A DNA stretch of 43,823 nt from Nitrospina sp. (GCA_004357435.1 SMVS01000043.1:1-43823); one strand, 5' to 3'. Counted from the first letter of the stretch, positions 28,293-38,122 are shown. Numbers and translations are program-made. The notes: generated from the sequence alone by a model not told the origin.

Positions 28293-29018
28293 CTAATTCA
28301 ATTTCCCCGTGATCTTTTTTTGCAGGACGATGAGGTCCTTGATGCCCTTGTTGGCGAGTTTCAGCATGGCGGCCATTTCCTGGTCGTTGAACGGTTCTTT
28401 CTCGGCGGTTCCCTGAATTTCCACATACCCACCTTTACCGGTCCGCACCACGTTGAGGTCGACATCGGCGTTGGAATCTTCGCCGTATTCCAGGTCCAGC
28501 AGTTGCACGCCGGCGATCATGCCGACACTGGTGGCGGCGACATAGTCCTTGATGGGAATGGTGTCGATCCGTTTATCTTTTTTCATTTGCTTAAATGCGA
28601 GACAAAGCGCGACGAAAGCGCCGGTGATGGAAGCGGTGCGGGTGCCGCCATCGGCCTGGATGACGTCGCAGTCGAGCCAAATGGTGAATTCCCCCATTTT
28701 TTTCATGTCCACCACGGTGCGCAACGACCGGCCGATCAACCGTTGAATCTCCTGAGTGCGCCCGGTGACTTTGCCGCGTGTCGATTCCCGCGAGGTCCGC
28801 GTGTGGGTGGAACTGGGAAGCATGGAGTACTCGGCGGTGATCCAGCCTTGACCTTTGTCCCTTAAAAAATGCGGCACTTTATTTTCCACCGAGGCGGTGC
28901 AGATGACTTTGGTGTGGCCCACCTGGATGAGAACAGATCCGGCGGCATGCCTGTTGACGTTTTTTTTGATGGTGACTTTTCGCATTTCATTGGGCGCGCG
29001 CCCGTCATTCCTGACCAT
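28293..29018 (-). CDS. rph: ribonuclease PH
   Basis: [13 protein letters not shown]..., [50 protein letters not shown]. Confidence 0.95.
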   Translation of the reverse strand: MVRNDGRAPNEMRKVTIKKNVNRHAAGSVLIQVGHTKVICTASVENKVPHFLRDKGQGWITAEYSMLPSSTHTRTSRESTRGKVTGRTQEIQRLIGRSLRTVVDMKKMGEFTIWLDCDVIQADGGTRTASITGAFVALCLAFKQMKKDKRIDTIPIKDYVAATSVGMIAGVQLLDLEYGEDSNADVDLNVVRTGKGGYVEIQGTAEKEPFNDQEMAAMLKLANKGIKDLIVLQKKITGKLN

Positions 29019-29110
29019 TCTGTTCTCCGCATTTTAAGTTTAAAGTTTCAAATTTGAGGGCATAAAATAGCAGGGTTTTAGCTATTTATCAATCCAGACC
29101 CAGCCTGCAG

Positions 29111-29310
29111 CTGGACGCAACTAGTCAGGCTCTACTGAGAATCAACAATTGCGGGGCATGGTTCCAGAGCACAGCCATCTGCGTCCCCCGCGAGGGAGGG
29201 GGCGGGCAAGGCCCGTCAGCGTGACCTGGACTCAAAAGGGTCGGCTCTGCGGGCAATCATAATTATTCGGCAGGGTTCCCTAGCCTCCTCTTCCTACGCA
29301 CTCTCCGCGA
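29111..29310. repeat. imperfect ~85-nt direct repeat, two copies offset by 115 nt
   Basis: Copy 1 (29111-29193) reads ctggacgcaactagtcaggctctactgagaatcaacaattgcggggcatggttccagagc...ccccgcga. Copy 2 (29226-29310) reads ctggactcaaaagggtcggctctgcgggcaatcataattattcggcagggttccctagc...ctccgcga. Aligned by eye. Confidence 0.5.
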
Positions 29311-29339
29311 CCTCTGGGTGAATTCAATCTGGTATCGAG

Positions 29340-29394
29340 CCCAAATAACCCCTCCTGCATCCTCCCCTTGGTAAGGGGAAGGAGTTATTTGGGG
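29340..29394. repeat. 55-nt interrupted palindrome
   Basis: In cccaaataac ccctcctgcat cctcccctt ggt aaggggaagg agttatttgggg, the outer arms (cccaaataac / gttatttggg) and inner arms (ccttcccctt-like / aaggggaagg) pair, with a left-arm bulge. Confidence 0.6.
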
Positions 29395-29550
29395 CCAACG
29401 TCATGTGTGATATCCCTTCATTAACCTCATGCCTCGGGGGGGTAGTGGCCGGCTGCGAGATTTACATAAACTATTAATTTAATTGATTTTAAATATAAAA
29501 ATGATTAATCTTTTAGAGGCTCTCTACATTACTGAAAACAAACGGACATC

Positions 29551-31764
29551 ATGGATTCCTATCTTCAAAAAGGCGTCAAGCTGAAAGGCGTTTTGCACAT
29601 CAAGGGCACCGTTCATATGGATGGTGACTTTGAGGGAGAACTGATTGCCGAAGACCATCTGATCATCGGCAAGAGCGGATTGGTGACCGGGAATATTGAC
29701 ACCTACGATATCACCAATATGGGTTCCATTCAGGGGACCATCCATGCCAAGAACCGGGTTTCCCTGATGGCGGACAGCCATTTGGTGGGCGACATCAGCA
29801 CCCATCATTTGGTGGTTGAGGAAGGTTCCAACTTTGAAGGCCGTTGCAAAATGATTGAGACTCCGGCGCAGAGTCATGCCGCGTCAGCGCGGGTGACCCA
29901 ACCGGGCCGGCAGAATCAACCCGGATTGGCGCACGGTGTGATGAGTGACGGTTCCGCGGGTGAATCCGAAATGCCTCCGGAGCCAGATTCGATCAGCGAT
30001 TTTAAATTGCCTGTACCCGATCTGAATTTTAAAGTTTTGGCCTGGGGGACGAGTGCGGTGCTGTTGGTGGGTCTCCTCGGATGGGGGTATTCAAATTTCC
30101 GTGGCGACGATCTGGGATCGATTGTTTCCCGGGGACAGATGTTGATCGAGCAGAAAAAATATACGGACGCCGAAGGGGAATACCTGAAGGCGCTTAAAAT
30201 TTCCCGAAGCAATCCTGAAGTGTATGCGGGCCTCGGCGAAGTTTATTTTCGCAAGAAAGAGTACAACCAGGCCCTCTCTCAGTTTCAGCGGTCCATTGAA
30301 TTGAAACCCTCGGAGAACACCTACCATTTACAGCTGGCCCGGACCTATTCGGAAAAGGGTCAGTTCCAGGAAGCCACCAAAATTTACAAGAGCGTGATCA
30401 ATTCGGACCCGAAAAATTTTCAGGCTTTTTACGATCTGGGCGAATTGCGGCTCAGGGAAGGCAAGCGTGAAGTGGCCATTGAAAATATCCAACTGGCCGC
30501 CCGGTTAAATCCTGACCACATCAAATCCCACGAACTGCTGGCTGATTTGTATGTGGAGGACAACAAAATTGAAGAAGCGGTTGGTGAAATGAGAGAAGCG
30601 GTGCGGTTGAAAGGAGATGATCCTGCCCTCCGTATGACCCTGGCGGAACTGCTCGTCAAAGGCGGTCGGGAGGATGAAGCGTTCAAGGAATTTAGAGAGG
30701 TGACGGTGTTGTCGCCAGAAAATTTTGCGGCGCAGATGCGGGTGGCCGCCATTTATTTGCAGAGGAAAAACTATGACAAGTCTCTGGTGACTTACCAAAA
30801 GGCCGCAATCCTGGAGCCTTCGGATATTCACGTTCAAACCGGTCTGGGCGCAGTTTATTTGAAAAAGAACGATTTTCAGAATGCCGAGTTGGCTTTTCGT
30901 AAGGCCACTCAAATCGATCCCAAGAACAGCGAAGGATTTTACCAGCTCGGGAAATTATTGGTTTCGTTGGAAAAACTTGGTGAAGGTCAAACCGCCCTTG
31001 AAACCGCCGTGGGCTTGGACAATCAATTGTCCGACGCGCATTTTGAGCTGGGAAAAATTCACAAGCAAAATGAGAACATGAAACGGGCTCTGTCCGCATT
31101 TGAGATGGCGTTGTCCGCGGACCCCAAAAATGTGAATTATATGGTTGAGGTCGCCAATGGCTATGTCGAAAGGAAGAGCCCTGACAAGGGAATCAAGATA
31201 TTGAAGGAGGCCGTCGCGTTAGAGCCGGACAATGGTCACGTGATTTACGGGCTTTGTTCGGCTTACCGGAGAAAGGGTTTTTACAGGATGTCCATCCGCC
31301 ATTGTGAAAAAGCGCTGGGGATCTTGCCCCAGTCCTACGAGGTCATGAACCGGCTGGCTTGGCTCTACGCCAAGAAAAAGATCAACCTGGATAAAGGATT
31401 GAAGCTCTCGCAGGCGACCGTCGAGGCATTTCCCAAACGCCCGGATTACCTCGACACGCTGGCGGAAGTTCATTATTCCCGTAGGGACGCCAAATTGGCG
31501 GTGGACCTAATGAAAACGGCCTTGGAGCTTGCCCCGAATTCGGGCTACTACAAACGCCAACTCTGGCGGTTCAAACATATCAAACCCAAGCCTTTGAAAC
31601 GTCCCATTCCCGTGCCAGCCCGTTCTCCTGAATCGGAGGATACTGGTGATGCGTCGTCGGCCGCTCAGGCTAGCGATTCGCAATCGCTGGTCTCTGAATC
31701 GATTGACCATGACATTCCAAACTCTGAAGCCGTGGAGGCCGTGGCGCCCGTCAATTCTCTATAA
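29551..31764 (+). CDS. bactofilin-domain protein fused to a TM segment and a long TPR region
   Basis: The N-terminal ~105 aa has the bactofilin/DUF583 pattern (GVLHIKGTVHMDGDFEGELIAEDHLIIGKSGLVTGNI...VGDISTHHLVVEEGSNFEGRCKM). A TM segment (VLAWGTSAVLLVGLLGWGY) is followed by more than 500 aa of TPR repeats. Confidence 0.8.
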   Translation: MDSYLQKGVKLKGVLHIKGTVHMDGDFEGELIAEDHLIIGKSGLVTGNIDTYDITNMGSIQGTIHAKNRVSLMADSHLVGDISTHHLVVEEGSNFEGRCKMIETPAQSHAASARVTQPGRQNQPGLAHGVMSDGSAGESEMPPEPDSISDFKLPVPDLNFKVLAWGTSAVLLVGLLGWGYSNFRGDDLGSIVSRGQMLIEQKKYTDAEGEYLKALKISRSNPEVYAGLGEVYFRKKEYNQALSQFQRSIELKPSENTYHLQLARTYSEKGQFQEATKIYKSVINSDPKNFQAFYDLGELRLREGKREVAIENIQLAARLNPDHIKSHELLADLYVEDNKIEEAVGEMREAVRLKGDDPALRMTLAELLVKGGREDEAFKEFREVTVLSPENFAAQMRVAAIYLQRKNYDKSLVTYQKAAILEPSDIHVQTGLGAVYLKKNDFQNAELAFRKATQIDPKNSEGFYQLGKLLVSLEKLGEGQTALETAVGLDNQLSDAHFELGKIHKQNENMKRALSAFEMALSADPKNVNYMVEVANGYVERKSPDKGIKILKEAVALEPDNGHVIYGLCSAYRRKGFYRMSIRHCEKALGILPQSYEVMNRLAWLYAKKKINLDKGLKLSQATVEAFPKRPDYLDTLAEVHYSRRDAKLAVDLMKTALELAPNSGYYKRQLWRFKHIKPKPLKRPIPVPARSPESEDTGDASSAAQASDSQSLVSESIDHDIPNSEAVEAVAPVNSL

Positions 31765-31779
31765 GCTGTTCTCCTGCCC

Positions 31780-32721
31780 TCACATAATCCCGGTAGCCTT
31801 AGAAGCGATATAACCAACATACGCGGTTAAAAGAATAACTCCGTCGCGCTTGGACAGGTTGTGTTCCAGTCGTATCAAAACCAGGAGGAGGCAGGTCAAT
31901 CCCGTGGTGAACAGCAGGTCGGGGTGAATGACTTCGAGAACCTTCAGTGGTTTTGCAGTTGCCGTGGCGCCCAAAACCATCAGGATGTTAAAAATATTAC
32001 TTCCGAAAACATTTCCCAATGCCATTTCCCCATGGCCTCTGAAGGCGGACATGAGGGAAGAAATAATTTCCGGCAGGCTGGTGCCAACGGCGATGATGGA
32101 GATACCGATGAACCACTCACTGATGCCAAAGGCACGAGCGATATTGACTCCCCCTTCTACCATCGCCTTGGCACCGGCAACGAGCAGGATCAATCCGGCG
32201 ACAATAAGGAGGAATTGGTAGACAATTCCTTTATTGATGAAATAACCGCCCTCGCTCTCCAAGGTGCTTGATGGCTCGTCCTTCACGCGGAAGGCTCGCC
32301 AAGTGTACAGGACCACACCCGCTAAAAGAAGTATGCCCTCCCACCGACCGAGCTCGTTGTCCCAGGTCAGGAATAAAATCAAAAAAGTTGCGATCAACAG
32401 GGGAGGGGTCTCGCGGCGCAGGATTTTTTGTTCGATGGTCAGCGGAACTAAAAACGCAGTGAGCCCCAGGACCAGTCCTATATTGGCAATATTACTGCCG
32501 ATCACATTGCCGATGGATATTTCCGGGGATCCCTGAAAAGCCGCCAGCAAACTCACGGATAATTCAGGAGCGGAAGTGCCGAAGCCCATCACGGTGGCGC
32601 CAATGACAAAAGGACTGATCTTGAAAGCCTGGGCAATCCTCAAACTACCAGAGATCAATAAATCCCCACCGTAATAGAGCAATGCCAGCCCGATAATAAT
32701 ATAAATGGAATCCAACAACAT
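31780..32721 (-). CDS. calcium/cation antiporter (CaCA, YrbG-like)
   Basis: Two alpha-repeat motifs (GFGTSAPELSVS, AVGTSLPEIISS) in a 313-aa polytopic protein. Confidence 0.9.
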   Translation of the reverse strand: MLLDSIYIIIGLALLYYGGDLLISGSLRIAQAFKISPFVIGATVMGFGTSAPELSVSLLAAFQGSPEISIGNVIGSNIANIGLVLGLTAFLVPLTIEQKILRRETPPLLIATFLILFLTWDNELGRWEGILLLAGVVLYTWRAFRVKDEPSSTLESEGGYFINKGIVYQFLLIVAGLILLVAGAKAMVEGGVNIARAFGISEWFIGISIIAVGTSLPEIISSLMSAFRGHGEMALGNVFGSNIFNILMVLGATATAKPLKVLEVIHPDLLFTTGLTCLLLVLIRLEHNLSKRDGVILLTAYVGYIASKATGIM

Positions 32722-32905
32722 TTATTGAGTCTATGGTTGTGTTTCAGCCCGTCACGCTGAAAATACATGGGTTGGGTGAGAATAGCTCAGGCATACCTGG
32801 TTACGATTGGAAGCGACCGGAGTTTGGCAGGGTGATCATCACCTTCAAATAACCGCGTTAACTTTATCAGGATAGAGTTGGAAAGGAAATAGAAATCCAA
32901 AATGT

Positions 32906-32933
32906 AAAAACCAGAGTCCGCAGAGGACTCTGG
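32906..32933 (-). terminator. rho-independent terminator downstream of 32965-33255
   Basis: Stem ccagagtcc (32911-32919) / ggactctgg (32925-32933). On the minus strand it is followed by ttttt (32910-32906). Confidence 0.6.
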
Positions 32934-32964
32934 TTTCATAACGGATCAAAGAAAATTTAGAGGT

Positions 32965-33255
32965 TCAACTGCCTTCCCGTTTTCTTACTTTATGACGGAG
33001 ACGGGAAGAATTAACACTGGGATGTTTTAAGATTCTCTTTTCAGCTTCACGAACTTGGCTCGCGCCTACACGGCTCTCATTTCTATAACCGAATGTTTTC
33101 GCTGCACCAGGGTCTTTGTAATCCAGGACTGATTTTTTTTGATGATCCAGAGCTGGCGACCCACGTCCAGTCTCAATTATTTTTTGCCGGTCATGAGTGG
33201 CTCCGCCGCTTCCTTCCCCGTGGCCAGGGTCATCAGCGAATAAGGGAAGAGGCAT
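32965..33255 (-). CDS. hypothetical protein (possibly 5'-truncated by frameshifts, see findings)
   Basis: 96-aa ORF with a terminator downstream. A better RBS plus ATG lies out of frame at 33320-33306. Confidence 0.4.
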   Translation of the reverse strand: MPLPLFADDPGHGEGSGGATHDRQKIIETGRGSPALDHQKKSVLDYKDPGAAKTFGYRNESRVGASQVREAEKRILKHPSVNSSRLRHKVRKREGS

Positions 33256-33526
33256 TGCCAGGGTGATGAAAAATAAGGATTAAGCTAAGCCGGAAAAAAT
33301 TTATTCATGCATAACTCCTTATGGGGCCAAGAACCCAAGGGGGCGCCGGCAAATATTATAGATGCCAACGCACGAGTCTTTGGCAGAGAGCCAAATACGG
33401 CGCCCAGCTTAGTCGTTCTCGAACCTATTATCTTACAAGTGATGAAGAGAATTTTGAGGGGATTTACGTTGCAGAGTCGGCATGCCCTGGCGATATGCCC
33501 AAAAGGTATTTGTGTGAGACTTTATA

Positions 33527-34636
33527 CTAAATGGATTTACTTGATAAACCGATCAAAGCTGTTTTGAAACCCTCTGTTTCCAATTCCTTTTGTTGCAAAA
33601 GGGCCGTAGCTTTGGAAGCCAGTCCTTCCATGCGTACGACGTATTGACGTGCATCGATCCGCATTCTTTTTACATTAGTCAAAATACCCTGTTTATTGAG
33701 GTCTTTGCGGAAGTCTTCGGCGCTGTTCTTGAACACAAATTTCCCTAAAATCATGTCATAGGTGCTATCGGGGTTTTCCTTAAAAAAGGGCTCAAATCCT
33801 TTGGATTTCAGATCGTTTAGGAGTGTTTGCCCAGAGCTTTGATCGGAAAATCCGCCAATGAACGCGACATGCATGGAGGCTTTTACAGTTCGGGCGTGCG
33901 AGAAAGCGGAAAATCCCTTGGACTCTAAATTTTTAATGAGTTGGTCGGAATTGGCTTTGATTAAAAAGGCACCTAATTGGATAAAATGAGTTTTTCCCAC
34001 AACGAATGCGGCCAGCTTTGCCTGAGCGGGTTGCGGTGACGCTGGGGGAGATGGTGCTATTACGGGCATAGATTGGGTTGTCACGGGTTGAGAAGGTTGC
34101 GATGGTTTTAAAATTTTGCTGGGCTCCAGGGCTTTTGATATGGTGAGTGCCGCCCGTTCAGCGGCCGTCATGCTTGCCATGGAGTCAGCATTACCGTTTA
34201 TTTTTATAATTTTTGGCGTTCCGTTTAAAGGAAATCCCCCTTGATTCATAACGGCGTCAATGGGGTTGGCATTTTGGCTGATAGGCAGTTGTGGCTCGGG
34301 CTTCGGATTTTCAGAGACGATCATTTCTGCTGGAGTCTCTGGAGCAAATGCTGGCATGATATTCTCACTGCTGGTAATTTCAGCCAGTTGAGCCTCCTCG
34401 GATCCCAATAGAGCGGATACCAAATCTTGATTTTGCATGCTTTGATAAGCCACGAAAACCAGGCCCACCCCGATGAAGGCTATCAAAAGAGCTTGCGTGT
34501 TTTTGTTTCGGATCTTTTTATGGATCTCGACTTCCGCTTCAATTTCTGCGTCATGGATTAAATCACCGGTCCTTTTTTGATACTTTTGAAACGGCATTTT
34601 GACACCTAGTGTTTTAACATTTTGTTTGATCGCCAT
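33527..34636 (-). CDS. SPOR (peptidoglycan-binding) domain protein with N-terminal TM anchor
   Basis: TM segment (ALLIAFIGVGLVFVAY), a Pro/Ser-rich linker, then two SPOR-like units (HFIQLGAFLIKANSDQLIKNLESKGF...; YDMILGKFVFKNSAEDFRKDLNKQGI...). Confidence 0.75.
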   Translation of the reverse strand: MAIKQNVKTLGVKMPFQKYQKRTGDLIHDAEIEAEVEIHKKIRNKNTQALLIAFIGVGLVFVAYQSMQNQDLVSALLGSEEAQLAEITSSENIMPAFAPETPAEMIVSENPKPEPQLPISQNANPIDAVMNQGGFPLNGTPKIIKINGNADSMASMTAAERAALTISKALEPSKILKPSQPSQPVTTQSMPVIAPSPPASPQPAQAKLAAFVVGKTHFIQLGAFLIKANSDQLIKNLESKGFSAFSHARTVKASMHVAFIGGFSDQSSGQTLLNDLKSKGFEPFFKENPDSTYDMILGKFVFKNSAEDFRKDLNKQGILTNVKRMRIDARQYVVRMEGLASKATALLQQKELETEGFKTALIGLSSKSI

Positions 34637-34921
34637 GGTCTTCTGGGGAGTGAAAGGTTGATGAATGTGACGGTGCCGGAAAATTTTGCCGATAGGTCTT
34701 GAGAATAAATTTCCGGACCGATCAAAAAATACTAAAAACGAAAAAATCTGTTAACTTGTTAATTAAGAAACTGAGATCAGGTTCCATCAATCCATGCGCC
34801 TTTATCGCTGGAAAAATTATAGTATTGATTTGTTAAGCTGTCAAGCAGAAGTTATTGAATATTAAGTAGTTTAAGGGTTTTTTCCGCCATAAAATTTAAA
34901 CAAATTTTACCAAGTTTATAA

Positions 34922-35836
34922 ATGAATTCCGTGCCTGATATTTCTGTGAAAATTGGCCGTCTCTCTTTGCAGAATCCGGTCATTGCCGCGTCGGGAACCT
35001 TCGGGTATGGGTTGGAGTTCACCCCTTTTTTGGATCTCGATCGTTTGGGAGGGTTTGCGACCAAAGGACTCTCTCTGCGCCCACGGTTGGGAAACCCGGT
35101 GCCGCGTGTGATCGAAACGGACTCCGGGATGCTCAATGCTATCGGTTTGGAAAATGTCGGGCTTGAAAAATTTAAGAATGAAAAAATTCCTCTTTTGGAA
35201 AAATACAAGACCTGCCTCATCTGCAATTTTTTTGGTGATACCGTAGAGGAATACCGGGAAATGGCCGGAGCGCTTTCCCTTCTGGAGCGGGTGGATGCTC
35301 TCGAGATGAATATTTCCTGCCCCAATGTCGAGGCCGGCGGTGTCCAGTTCAGCTCGAGTCCTGAGGTGGTGGCAAAGGTGGTGGGCGCGGTGCGTCAGGC
35401 CACGGAAAAATTTCTGATTGTTAAGTTGTCGCCGAACGTGACCGACATCACCGAAATCGCGCGGGCCGCCGAGGCGGCGGGAGCGGATGCGGTGTCCCTC
35501 ATCAACACGGTCATTGGTATGGTCATGAATGTGAAAACCCGCCAACCTTACCTGGCGAATAAAACGGGAGGGTTGTCTGGGCCAGCCATCAAGCCCATTG
35601 CCCTGCACATGGTTCACCAGACTGCGAAAGCGGTGTCGATCCCGGTAATCGGCATGGGCGGCATAAAAAGCGCAGAGGATGCGCTGGAGTTTTTATTGGC
35701 TGGCGCGCGCGCGATTCAAGTGGGAACGGCCAATTTTGTTGATCCGGCGGCAACCATAAAAATCATAGACGGATTGATGGAATGGTGTGTGCGTCATGGC
35801 ATCCAAAACCTGGATGAGTTGAAACCGGGGAATTGA
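34922..35836 (+). CDS. pyrD: dihydroorotate dehydrogenase, class 1 (1B-like catalytic subunit)
   Basis: LQNPVIAASGTFGYG, GMLNAIGLENVG and EMNISCPNV. No pyrK lies adjacent. Confidence 0.9.
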   Translation: MNSVPDISVKIGRLSLQNPVIAASGTFGYGLEFTPFLDLDRLGGFATKGLSLRPRLGNPVPRVIETDSGMLNAIGLENVGLEKFKNEKIPLLEKYKTCLICNFFGDTVEEYREMAGALSLLERVDALEMNISCPNVEAGGVQFSSSPEVVAKVVGAVRQATEKFLIVKLSPNVTDITEIARAAEAAGADAVSLINTVIGMVMNVKTRQPYLANKTGGLSGPAIKPIALHMVHQTAKAVSIPVIGMGGIKSAEDALEFLLAGARAIQVGTANFVDPAATIKIIDGLMEWCVRHGIQNLDELKPGN

Positions 35837-35843
35837 ATAGCGC

Positions 35844-37064
35844 TTAAGGAATATAGATCCGAGGGACGCGCTTGCCGACGCAACATAGAATTTCATAAGG
35901 AATGGTTCGCGCATGGTCCGCCATTTCCTCGACGGCAATGGCTTCGCTTCCCTGACGTCCCAAAATCACCACCTCATCGCCTGCCCGCACCTGCGGCAAA
36001 TCGGTCACATCCACCATGCATAAATCCATGCAGATGGTGCCCACCTGGCTCACCCGTTGGCCGTGGATTAAAACGCTCATTTTTCCGGAAAGCGCTCGGT
36101 TCAGGCCGTCGGCATAACCCACCGGCAAGGTGGCGATGGTGCTGTCCCGCCGCGTGATAAATTTTTTGCCGTAGCTCAGGGGAGACCCCTTGGAAATTTT
36201 ATTGATTTGCAGGATTTGTGTTTTCCATGCCATGACGGGCCTGAGTTTTTTTTCTGCAGTGGATCCCAAGAGTTTGTCGAGGGCCGGCTCCAGATTTTTT
36301 GAAGTGAGCGCTCCGTAAAGAATGAGCCCGGGGCGGACCATGCTGAAATGGCTTTCTGGATACCTGAGCAGGGCGGAGCTGTTGGCGCAATGGGCGGGCG
36401 GTGCCGGTATTTCCCCCTGGTTTATTTTATTCAGTGTCGCCTGAAAACGTTCCAGTTGCAGGGTGGTGAACTCCGAGTCCTCTTCATCCGCCGTGGAAAA
36501 ATGCGTGAACACCCCTTCGGCGCGCAAATTTTTTGAGTGGTGTATGAATTCCATCAAGGCCGGCAGATTGTCCGATGTCCCTCCGAGACGCCCCATTCCG
36601 GTATCCACTTTGACGTGGACCCCGACTTGCCTGTCGCACTCCGCCGCCCGGTTCGCCAAGTCTTTTGCCATGGACGAGTTCCAGACGGTCGCCGTCAGCT
36701 CATGCTGAATGAGGTCATCAATCTCGTTGGGGAAATGTCCGGTTAAAACCTGAATGGGTGCCTGGACACCATTTTCTCGAAGCTCAACTCCCTCCGCGAC
36801 GATTCCCACTCCCAGGCAATCGGCTCCGGCTGCGAGGACGGCACGCGTGCAGGGCAATGCGCCATGACCGTAACCATCGGCCTTGACCACGGCCATCAGT
36901 TTCACTTCGGGTTGTAATAAGGATCGAATGGCACGGACGTTGTGACGGAGGGCTTCGAGGTGGATTTCCGCCCGGGTCGCCCGCGGTGTTGTTGGGCCGT
37001 TGTGATCAATGGCGTCGGAAATGATGACCTCGCGGTTGGAATTTAAATTTTCCAAGAGTGCCAA
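35844..37064 (-). CDS. alr: alanine racemase
   Basis: MAVVKADGYGHG (PLP lysine motif), YGALTS... and SYGKKF. The TTG start lies directly after the stop of the upstream DUF1566 gene. Confidence 0.9.
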   Translation of the reverse strand: MALLENLNSNREVIISDAIDHNGPTTPRATRAEIHLEALRHNVRAIRSLLQPEVKLMAVVKADGYGHGALPCTRAVLAAGADCLGVGIVAEGVELRENGVQAPIQVLTGHFPNEIDDLIQHELTATVWNSSMAKDLANRAAECDRQVGVHVKVDTGMGRLGGTSDNLPALMEFIHHSKNLRAEGVFTHFSTADEEDSEFTTLQLERFQATLNKINQGEIPAPPAHCANSSALLRYPESHFSMVRPGLILYGALTSKNLEPALDKLLGSTAEKKLRPVMAWKTQILQINKISKGSPLSYGKKFITRRDSTIATLPVGYADGLNRALSGKMSVLIHGQRVSQVGTICMDLCMVDVTDLPQVRAGDEVVILGRQGSEAIAVEEMADHARTIPYEILCCVGKRVPRIYIP

Positions 37065-37547
37065 TTAATCCCCGCCAACCCGGGATCTTCCTGTAGCGGA
37101 AGAGCGCCCTGAAACCTTGGCCTTACCAGTGGTCCGGCAGGGGCGGCAGGACATGTTGGATTCATCTTTGGTTTTTTTGCGGATCAAATAACCCCGGTCG
37201 CTGTAATAATTATAGGCCATGGCGTTGATGCCATTTTCATCGGCGCACCAATAGGTGGACCCACAACCTTCGGGGAAAGCATAATCAATGTGTACGATGT
37301 CCCCATCAAAATCGGTATTTTTACAGTCGTGGTCATAAAGGTTTCTAGCCTCCTGATTTTTTGGCAACCGCCAGTCTTCAAAGCCCGCAAATTTTTCTTC
37401 GTTCAACTTGACGACAAACTTGTTGGCGCCTTTCCAGCTGGACCACTTGCCTTTGATTTGAAAGCTGTCCTCTTTCAGCCACATCACCTTATACTTATTG
37501 TCCGTAATGGTGCCGTCGTTATTGTCTATAAAGCGTTCTTCAGCCAT
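37065..37547 (-). CDS. DUF1566 (C-type-lectin-fold) domain protein, no signal peptide, basic C-terminal tail
   Basis: FIDNNDGTITDNKYKVMWLKED and FAGFEDWRLPKNQEARNLY. It is a paralogue of 6471-6896. Confidence 0.7.
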   Translation of the reverse strand: MAEERFIDNNDGTITDNKYKVMWLKEDSFQIKGKWSSWKGANKFVVKLNEEKFAGFEDWRLPKNQEARNLYDHDCKNTDFDGDIVHIDYAFPEGCGSTYWCADENGINAMAYNYYSDRGYLIRKKTKDESNMSCRPCRTTGKAKVSGRSSATGRSRVGGD

Positions 37548-37837
37548 TCCTATTGCCTCAAATATTGATTAAAGTTTTTGAACTGTTGTTGGCTTCATCC
37601 GTTAGGAAGAATTAGCATAATGATATCAATATTGGCCCAATATTATAAAGATAATTTTTCATATTTCAGCCACTTAACCGCCTAACCTGATTTGCGGCAT
37701 GGTTTTCCAGGTAGAATTCAAGTATATTGCTTTAATTTCATTGAACTATGCTATTTTAATTTTCAAAAATTCAAGCTTGGGATATTGAAGGATTCTATTT
37801 TCCTGGGCAATTCTTAATTAATAAATAGGGTGAGGCC

Positions 37838-38122
37838 ATGTCGAAGATAGAAGTTCAAAGTTTTTTTTATGATCTAATCCATTGCAAGGACAAGATACTA
37901 AGCGTCTTCAATGAATTTGACGAGGAATATGGAGAAGATGAGCGAGGGTCTCTGGTCGCCGGGATCAAGGAGATGGAGGACGGCAAACTGGTGAACCTCC
38001 TGGTCAACGTTCAAAAGATGGCTCAGGGTTATGAGCAGATCAAGGAATTGATGGATGCGGCGGAGGATGCGGAGCTCCAAGCATCCCTTGAAGATAACGA
38101 AGACGACGATGACGATGACTGA
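37838..38122 (+). CDS. hypothetical acidic protein with poly-Asp tail
   Basis: 94-aa ORF with GGGTGAGG upstream of the ATG. It ends in DNEDDDDDD. No family recognised. Confidence 0.5.
   Translation: MSKIEVQSFFYDLIHCKDKILSVFNEFDEEYGEDERGSLVAGIKEMEDGKLVNLLVNVQKMAQGYEQIKELMDAAEDAELQASLEDNEDDDDDD

Noticed and set aside
32771-32860. A tRNA-like string (gaatagctcagg...) upstream of the CaCA antiporter gene.
   Set aside because: There is no matching D-stem closure (GAGC), no T-loop GGTTCGAA-type motif and no acceptor-stem complementarity. It is probably just 5'-UTR or promoter sequence.
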